Positions 58,231-64,000 of a stretch of DNA of 64,000 nucleotides are shown here, piece after piece; positions within the stretch are counted from its first letter, which is position 1; each line of letters begins with the position of its first letter. Under the pieces are notes generated by a model. The model was not told the origin of the DNA. It was given only the letters and a program-made list of their open reading frames with translations, and made no database searches. Source of the DNA: Dehalococcoidia bacterium (lineage in GTDB: Bacteria; Chloroflexota; Dehalococcoidia; DSTF01; WHTK01); NCBI GenBank assembly GCA_965225815.1, contig CBDDBP010000007.1:221621-285620 (forward strand), given 5' to 3'. Made by a program: the position numbers and the translations under genes.

Positions 58231-58866
58231 ATGATCCTCATCCTCCTTGGTATGCCCGGGACCGGGAAAGGTACCCAAGCGAAGCTATTAGCGGAGGGGC
58301 GCGGCTGGCTGCACCTTTCGACCGGTGACATGCTACGCGATAACGTGACGCAAGGGTCCGAGCTCGGCCAGAAGGCCAAGCAGTATATAGACGCGGGCCA
58401 CCTGGTGCCCGACGATCTCATGATCAAAATGCTGTTGGAACGCATCGAGAGCCCGGATGTGGAAGCAGGACTGATCCTGGACGGCTTCCCGCGTACTCTG
58501 CGCCAGGCAGTTGCCCTGGATGAGGCGCTTGAGCGCTCCGGCAAAGTGGTAGATAGCGCGGTGAACCTGGCGACGACGGACGAGGAGCTGGTGCGACGGC
58601 TGAGCAGCCGCTGGCTGTGCCGGAACTGTGGAAAGATCACCAACAGCAGGCTGGAGAAGTGCGCCAATTGCGGCAGCGATCGGCTATTTCAGCGAGAGGA
58701 CGACGAGCCGGAAAAAGTCAGGACCCGCCTGGAGACGATGAAGCCGCCCGCCGAAATGCTGACGCATTACCGGACGGCGGGCAAGCTGCGAGAGGTGGAC
58801 GCGCTGCAGCCGATTGAGCGCGTGATGGCCGACATCCTGCTCGCGCTGGACGGGGTCACGGCGTGA
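58231..58866 (+). CDS. adk: adenylate kinase (zinc-binding lid: CRNCG...CANCG)
   Basis: GMPGTGKGTQA P-loop, and an LID domain with four Cys. Confidence 0.9.
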   Translation: MILILLGMPGTGKGTQAKLLAEGRGWLHLSTGDMLRDNVTQGSELGQKAKQYIDAGHLVPDDLMIKMLLERIESPDVEAGLILDGFPRTLRQAVALDEALERSGKVVDSAVNLATTDEELVRRLSSRWLCRNCGKITNSRLEKCANCGSDRLFQREDDEPEKVRTRLETMKPPAEMLTHYRTAGKLREVDALQPIERVMADILLALDGVTA

Positions 58867-59615
58867 TAACGATAAAGTCTGAGCAAGAAGTGGAGATCAT
58901 GCGCGAAGCCGGCAGAGTTGTCGGCGAGACGCTGCAAATCCTCAAGAGCGCGGTCAAGCCCGGGTTGGTCGTCAAAGAGCTGGATAAACTCGTCCGCAAA
59001 GAGTATGCGAAGCGCGGCGTGATCCCGACCTTCCTCGGCTATGCCCAGCCGCCGTATCCGGCCACCGTTTGTGTCTCGGTCAACGAGGAGTTGGTGCACG
59101 GAATCCCCGGCAGCCGGGTGATCGAGGCGGGCGACATCGTCAGCATCGACCTGGGCGCCACGTATAAGGGTTTCGTGGGAGACAGCGCGTTGACGTTTGG
59201 TGTCGGCGAAATCTCCGAGGAAGCGCAGCGATTGATCGAGGTCACGGAAGAGTCCCTCTGGCAGGGAATTCGCGTGGCGCGCGCCGGCGCAAGGCTGGGT
59301 GTCATTTCGAACACGATCGGTGAATATATCGAAAGCCAGGGCTTCGGGGTGGTCCGCGAATTCGTGGGGCACGGCGTTGGGCGCGAGATGCACGAGGAGC
59401 CGCAGGTGCCGAACTTCGGCCCAGCCGAAAGGGGGCCGATCCTGCGCAAGGGCATGGTACTGGCGCTGGAGCCGATGGTTACTGTCGGCGACTGGCACAC
59501 GAAGAAGCACGATGACGGGTGGACGATAAGCACGCTGGACGACGGCTTGTGCGCCCACTTCGAGCACACAATTGCGATTACAGACGGAGAAGCGCAGGTT
59601 TTAACGCTTCCGTAA
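58863..59615 (+). CDS. map: type I methionine aminopeptidase
   Basis: Canonical MetAP1 metal ligands (D...D...H...E...E pattern). 250 aa. GTG overlaps the adk stop. Confidence 0.9.
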   Translation: MITIKSEQEVEIMREAGRVVGETLQILKSAVKPGLVVKELDKLVRKEYAKRGVIPTFLGYAQPPYPATVCVSVNEELVHGIPGSRVIEAGDIVSIDLGATYKGFVGDSALTFGVGEISEEAQRLIEVTEESLWQGIRVARAGARLGVISNTIGEYIESQGFGVVREFVGHGVGREMHEEPQVPNFGPAERGPILRKGMVLALEPMVTVGDWHTKKHDDGWTISTLDDGLCAHFEHTIAITDGEAQVLTLP

Positions 59616-59649
59616 GCGGGTTGGCTGCCTCCTAATCGGGTTATGGGGC

Positions 59650-59680
59650 TTGCTTCAACCCGATAGTAGGAAGGTACAAT
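59650..59680 (+). promoter_or_regulatory. AT-rich island with candidate promoter (TTGCTT - 19 nt - TACAAT) upstream of infA
   Basis: Local AT-richness is unusual for this window. Hexamers read directly from the sequence. The spacing is slightly long. Confidence 0.25.
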
Positions 59681-59716
59681 AGAAGGAAATTTCTATAGGC
59701 GTCTGAAAGGAGCCGA

Positions 59717-59741
59717 TTGATCCTTTCCCAAGAAGGATCAA
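59717..59741 (+). promoter_or_regulatory. perfect 9-bp inverted repeat TTGATCCTT-tcccaag-AAGGATCAA; the right arm contains the infA Shine-Dalgarno (AAGGA) 5 nt from the ATG
   Basis: Read directly. The hairpin would sequester the RBS. Confidence 0.45.
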
Positions 59742-59742
59742 T

Positions 59743-59961
59743 ATGCCAAAAAAGGAATCAATCGAAGTTGAAGGGGTGGTAAAAGATCCACTTCCAAATG
59801 CCATGTTCGGCGTTGAACTGGCAAATGGCCATCGGGTCTTAGCGCACCTCTCCGGAAAGATGCGGATCAACTACATCCGTATTACCCCTGGTGACAGAGT
59901 CCTGGTGGAGTTATCCCCCTACGACCTGACCCGGGGTCGAATCACGTACCGGCTGCGCTAG
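59743..59961 (+). CDS. infA: translation initiation factor IF-1
   Basis: Canonical IF-1 S1-like fold sequence. 72 aa. Confidence 0.9.
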   Translation: MPKKESIEVEGVVKDPLPNAMFGVELANGHRVLAHLSGKMRINYIRITPGDRVLVELSPYDLTRGRITYRLR

Positions 59962-59984
59962 GCCGGAATCAAAGGAACGAAGCG

Positions 59985-60098
59985 ATGAAGGTAAGAGCCT
60001 CGGTCAAGCCGCGCTGCGAGAAGTGCAAGATCATCCGCCGTCATGGTGTGGTTCGTGTGATCTGCGAAAACAAGCGCCACAAGCAGCGCCAGGGCTAG
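59985..60098 (+). CDS. rpmJ: 50S ribosomal protein L36
   Basis: [37 protein letters not shown] (37 aa, zinc ribbon). It is below the track's length cutoff, so I called it by eye. Confidence 0.75.
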   Translation: MKVRASVKPRCEKCKIIRRHGVVRVICENKRHKQRQG

Positions 60099-60113
60099 TA
60101 GGAGACAGGCAGG

Positions 60114-60497
60114 ATGGCACGTATCGCGGGTGTGGACATACCCAACGAAAAGCGCGTCGACATTTCTTTGCGCTACATCTTTGGCATTGGCGCGACAAGC
60201 GCATCGAAGATCTGCGAGTCGACCGGTATCGCACCGGAGACTAAGACTCGAGACCTGACGGACGCAGAGCTCTCGCGAGTACGCGAGATGCTGGAGAAGG
60301 AGTTCACAGTCGAGGGTGATCTCCGCCGCGACACGCGCCAGAACATCCAGCGCCTGATCGAGATCAATTGCTATCGAGGCATCCGCCACCGCCGCGGACT
60401 GCCGGTAAGAGGTCAACGAACCAAGACGAACGCCCGCACGAAGCGTGGCACCCGCCGAACCGTGGCTGGCAAACGCAAGACCGCGGCGAAGAAGTAG
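60114..60497 (+). CDS. rpsM: 30S ribosomal protein S13
   Basis: [15 protein letters not shown].... 127 aa. Confidence 0.9.
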   Translation: MARIAGVDIPNEKRVDISLRYIFGIGATSASKICESTGIAPETKTRDLTDAELSRVREMLEKEFTVEGDLRRDTRQNIQRLIEINCYRGIRHRRGLPVRGQRTKTNARTKRGTRRTVAGKRKTAAKK

Positions 60498-60513
60498 TAA
60501 AGGAAACTAAAGA

Positions 60514-60906
60514 ATGGTCCAGAGGCGAAGTCAGCGGACGCGCCGCCGGGAACGCAAGTCTGTCCCGCGCGGGAAGGTGTTCATTAAATCGACCTTCAAT
60601 AACACGATCATCACGCTGACCGACCCGAACGGGAATGTGCTGAGTTGGGGCAGCGCAGGCACGGCGAACTTCAAGGGCTCACGCAAGAGCACGCCGTTTG
60701 CTGCGCAACTGGCGGCAGAAGGCGCCGCAAGGCGGGCTATGGACCACGGCCTGCGTCAGGTCGAGGTGCTGGTCAAGGGACCGGGTAGCGGCCGTGAGGC
60801 CGCGATCCGTGCACTTCAGGCTGTAGGCCTCAACGTGACGAGCATTCGCGACGTTACCCCGATACCACACAACGGTTGCCGCGCTCCCAAGCGGCGCCGC
60901 GTCTAG
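60514..60906 (+). CDS. rpsK: 30S ribosomal protein S11
   Basis: Canonical S11. 130 aa. Confidence 0.9.
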   Translation: MVQRRSQRTRRRERKSVPRGKVFIKSTFNNTIITLTDPNGNVLSWGSAGTANFKGSRKSTPFAAQLAAEGAARRAMDHGLRQVEVLVKGPGSGREAAIRALQAVGLNVTSIRDVTPIPHNGCRAPKRRRV

Positions 60907-60921
60907 GAACAAGGACAAAGC

Positions 60922-61548
60922 ATGGCTCGTTACACAGGTGCAGTTTGCCGTCTTTGCCGTCGCTACGGCGAGAAGCTCTTCTTGAAGGGCGATCGCTGCT
61001 TCGGCCCGAAGTGCGCGTTCACCAAACGTCCTACACCACCCGGTCCCGCTAGCCAGCGGCGCCGCAAGGTGTCCGACCGAGGTTTGCAGCTGCGCGAAAA
61101 GCAGCGTGCTCGCGTAGGCTATGGACTCCTGGAGCGCCAATTCCGCGGTTATTTCGACGAGGCGTTGCGCAAGACGGGCGTTACTGGCGACCTCTTGATC
61201 CGGTCACTCGAGTCTCGTCTCGACAATGTGGTCTATCGCCTCGGTTTCGCCGACTCTCGCAAGCAGGCGCGCCAGTTGGTGCGCCACGGCCATATTGGCC
61301 TGAACGATCGCAAGACGGATATCCCTTCGGCGCAAGTGAAGGTTGGCGATACGATCGGCTTCTCGCCGCGAGGCGCCAAGACGGAATACGCCAAGGTGGT
61401 GCAGGAAACGCTGCGGTCGAAGCAGCAGCCCTCGTGGCTGTCGCTGGATATGGCCGCAATGCGAGGCCGCGTCATTTCCGAACCAACGTTGGAAGGTGCG
61501 GAGGCACTCTTCGACCCCAACGTGATTGTCGAGTACTACTCGCGCTAA
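60922..61548 (+). CDS. rpsD: 30S ribosomal protein S4
   Basis: MARYTGAVCRLCRRYGEKLFLKGDRCFGPKC... (zinc-finger S4). 208 aa. Confidence 0.9.
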   Translation: MARYTGAVCRLCRRYGEKLFLKGDRCFGPKCAFTKRPTPPGPASQRRRKVSDRGLQLREKQRARVGYGLLERQFRGYFDEALRKTGVTGDLLIRSLESRLDNVVYRLGFADSRKQARQLVRHGHIGLNDRKTDIPSAQVKVGDTIGFSPRGAKTEYAKVVQETLRSKQQPSWLSLDMAAMRGRVISEPTLEGAEALFDPNVIVEYYSR

Positions 61549-61643
61549 GACTTTAGGCCTCGCCATAGCAAGTCGGGACGAGACAGGCAGGGCAACGCCC
61601 GCGGGACCTTCAGGGTGAAGGACCGATTTACCTGCCGCAGGAG

Positions 61644-62789
61644 GTGCTTTTGGTGACGATGGTTGCCTACGAAGGTGAAGAGCGACCTGAGCTTAACCTC
61701 GAGGAGGAAGAATCCGAGGAGACATTCGGTCGCATCGTAGCCGAGCCGCTGGAGGCTGGGTTTGGCGTGACGATCGGAAATGCGTTGCGCCGCACGCTCT
61801 TGAGCGCACTGCCCGGGACTGCGATTACGGCAGTCCGCATCGGAGGGGTTGAGCACGAGTTTACGACCGTCCCTCATGTGAAAGAGGACGTCATCGAGTT
61901 CTTGCTCAACGTGAAGGACATTCGCATCCGTTCGCTAACGGACCGGCCCGGCAAGATGTTTCTCGAAGCATCAGGCGATGGTGTCGTGACAGCAGGCCAA
62001 ATCGAGCAGACGGCTGACTACGAAATCGTCAACCCGGAGCTGCACCTGGCGACGCTGGAAGGTGCGCAGGCGAAGCTCTCGGTGGAGCTCACAGTTGAGC
62101 AGGGCCGCGGCTATTTGCCGGCCGGAACGAGTGAAGGTTTGCCGATCGGTGTGATCCCGGTCGATGCGATCTTCTCGCCCGTCCGCCGGGTTAACTACCG
62201 CATCGAGCACACGCGTGTCGGTCAGGTGACGAACTTCGACCGGCTTGTCCTCGAGATTTGGACCGACGGTACGATCCAAGCTAGCGACGCAGTCAGCAGG
62301 GCGGCAGAAGTGCTGGCCGATCAGTTCACGATATTCTCGCGGCTGGGCCGTCCGGAGCCGACGCTGGTCGGCCGTGGCCTGGGATCCGGATCGGCGTTGG
62401 CGCCGGACCGCTATAACACGCCTATCGAGGACTTGAACCTCTCGGTGCGAGCTTATAACTGCCTCAAGCGAAGTGGCTTGATGACGGTTGGCGCGGTGCT
62501 GGAGAAGAACGAGGACGAGCTGCTAGCGCTGCGCAACTTTGGACGAAAGTCCTACGACGAGCTTCGCGAGAAGCTGGTCAGCATGAACTTCCTGTCCGAG
62601 GAAGAGATGAATAACGCTTTCGGGACCGGGAGCAGCAGCATTGATAGTGAAAGCGCCGCGTCCACACGCACAATGGCTGGGGATGTAGACGCCGACGAAG
62701 AGCTTGGACCCGTCGCAAAGGCTCTGCTGGAGGCCCTGAAGGAATCCGGACAGGATGATCTTCTGAAGAACGATGAGGATGGCCAGTGA
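61644..62789 (+). CDS. rpoA: DNA-directed RNA polymerase subunit alpha
   Basis: N-terminal domain ...[18 protein letters not shown]..., and C-terminal alphaCTD. The start is ambiguous (GTG 61644/61653, ATG 61659) and follows the AGGAGG SD at 61638-61643. C-terminal acidic tail. Confidence 0.9.
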   Translation: MLLVTMVAYEGEERPELNLEEEESEETFGRIVAEPLEAGFGVTIGNALRRTLLSALPGTAITAVRIGGVEHEFTTVPHVKEDVIEFLLNVKDIRIRSLTDRPGKMFLEASGDGVVTAGQIEQTADYEIVNPELHLATLEGAQAKLSVELTVEQGRGYLPAGTSEGLPIGVIPVDAIFSPVRRVNYRIEHTRVGQVTNFDRLVLEIWTDGTIQASDAVSRAAEVLADQFTIFSRLGRPEPTLVGRGLGSGSALAPDRYNTPIEDLNLSVRAYNCLKRSGLMTVGAVLEKNEDELLALRNFGRKSYDELREKLVSMNFLSEEEMNNAFGTGSSSIDSESAASTRTMAGDVDADEELGPVAKALLEALKESGQDDLLKNDEDGQ

Positions 62790-63139
62790 GACACAAGGTA
62801 CTAAGCCGCAGGTTTGACCGGCCGACGGCTCATCGCTTGTCGATGTTCCGCAACCTGGTCACGGACCTGCTACGCAACGAGCAGATCAAGACGACTGAGG
62901 CCAAGGCGAAGGCAATTCGCCCCCTGGCGGAGAAGATGATCACGCTGGGCAAGGACGGTACGCTGGCGGCCCGCCGTCAGGCGTTGGCCTACGTCTACGA
63001 CAAGGATGTGGTAACGAAGCTGTTCGACGATCTGTCGGAGCGCTTCGCGGATCGGCCGGGAGGATACACCCGGATAGTCAAGCTGGGGCCCCGCCTTGGC
63101 GACGGTGCTCCGCAGGTCATCCTGGAGCTTGTCAGCTAG
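62786..63139 (+). CDS. rplQ: 50S ribosomal protein L17
   Basis: [17 protein letters not shown].... GTG overlaps the rpoA stop. Confidence 0.9.
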   Translation: MRHKVLSRRFDRPTAHRLSMFRNLVTDLLRNEQIKTTEAKAKAIRPLAEKMITLGKDGTLAARRQALAYVYDKDVVTKLFDDLSERFADRPGGYTRIVKLGPRLGDGAPQVILELVS

Positions 63140-63146
63140 TCACTCT

Positions 63147-63959
63147 GTGTCAGAAGAGACGATAAACGCGGCGGCCGCCGAAAGGGGCCGTCGCGTTGCG
63201 CTTTTGCTCGAATACGACGGTGCTCGTTTCGCCGGATCGCAGCTTCAGGCCAATGCCATCACCGTGCAGGGTGCGTTAGAGGAGGCCGTCCTCAAGACGA
63301 CTCAGGAGGCGTCGAGGGTTGCCTTTGCGGGCCGTACGGACGCCGGCGTGCATGCCCGTGGTCAGGTCGCGGCCTTCAGCACGGGGAGCAAGCTAGACAA
63401 TGACACGCTGCGGAGGGCACTTAACGCCTGGCTTCCCGAAGACGTGGCGGTGGCTGACGTCACGGACGTTGCATGGGACTTCGATCCCCGGCGAGATGCG
63501 AGGCGACGCTGGTACCGCTACGTCATCGACAATGGCGACGTGAGGCCGGCGCTCGATCGCGGCAGGTCGTGGCATGTCGTTGGGGAGATGAATGAGGAGT
63601 CTATGGCGCGGGCTGCCGCCCGGTTGATCGGGAAGCACGACTTCGCGGCCTTCGCTTCGCGCATGGAGGACGCATCAGCGAGCACGATCCGCGAACTTCA
63701 TCGATTCGATGTGGTTAGGCGTAGCTCGGCGATTTTCCTGGACGTTGAGGCGAACGCGTTCTTGCCACATCAGGTGCGAAGAATGACGGGCGCGTTGGCG
63801 GATGTTGGGCGTGGGAAGCTGTTTGAGGATGGCTTCGCCGCGCTGCTCGATCAGCCACCGGCAAGCGCCGGACCGACGGCGCCGGCCTACGGGCTCTATT
63901 TGATGCAAGTCGAGTATGAATTCCCGGTATTCAGGCTGGATTCAAGGATTACGGTCTGA
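63147..63959 (+). CDS. truA: tRNA pseudouridine(38-40) synthase TruA
   Basis: ...RVALLLEYDGARFAGSQ...GRTDAGVHARGQV (catalytic Asp). GTG start at 63147 follows the L17 stop. The track ORF starts at 63096 inside rplQ. Confidence 0.8.
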   Translation: MSEETINAAAAERGRRVALLLEYDGARFAGSQLQANAITVQGALEEAVLKTTQEASRVAFAGRTDAGVHARGQVAAFSTGSKLDNDTLRRALNAWLPEDVAVADVTDVAWDFDPRRDARRRWYRYVIDNGDVRPALDRGRSWHVVGEMNEESMARAAARLIGKHDFAAFASRMEDASASTIRELHRFDVVRRSSAIFLDVEANAFLPHQVRRMTGALADVGRGKLFEDGFAALLDQPPASAGPTAPAYGLYLMQVEYEFPVFRLDSRITV

Positions 63960-64000
63960 TAGACTCAACGTTCGTGAAAACATATACGCTTAGAGCAAAA

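Overview
This is a high-GC (about 65-70%) bacterial chromosomal segment, densely coding on both strands. The first ~43 kb is mostly metabolic and housekeeping genes. It holds a mobA / PadR-modABC molybdate locus, xseB-PHP-purN, a Rieske oxygenase, pcrA/uvrD, otsB, xseA, glmS with its ribozyme, a cmk-plsC-ispH operon, mazG, a cobalamin-riboswitch-controlled btuFCD-like ABC importer, and a drrAB-like ABC exporter. From ~43.6 kb to the end lies a contiguous str-S10-spc-alpha ribosomal-protein supercluster (rpsL-rpsG-fusA-rpsJ ... secY-adk-map-infA-rpmJ-rpsM-rpsK-rpsD-rpoA-rplQ-truA). It has no tuf gene, and several r-proteins (L3, S3, S17, L15) carry long Ala/Glu/Pro-rich C-terminal tails. I found no rRNA, tRNA, CRISPR array or obvious mobile element. 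Seven observations stand out. (1) There is a glmS ribozyme whose 5' region appears enlarged by a ~45-nt structured element that also occurs in a ~100-bp tandem array downstream of an MBL-fold hydrolase gene. (2) There is a cobalamin riboswitch with an intrinsic-terminator expression platform. (3) rpsC contains six perfect 36-nt tandem repeats, and its Ala/Pro reading frame is conserved by synonymous changes but disrupted twice in this sequence. (4) A CoA-transferase family III gene has a non-canonical motif order and a repeat-containing 3' tail. (5) A ~2 kb tract (28.4-30.6 kb) contains gene remnants, including a cell-surface protein C-terminus and a site-2 protease N-terminus. (6) An ABC-2 permease has an in-frame TAA, and a two-repeat DUF4389 gene has a frameshift. 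(7) A Rieske-like protein lacks its His ligands. I found no clear novel multi-gene system (for example a defence island). The most unusual items are RNA- and repeat-level features.
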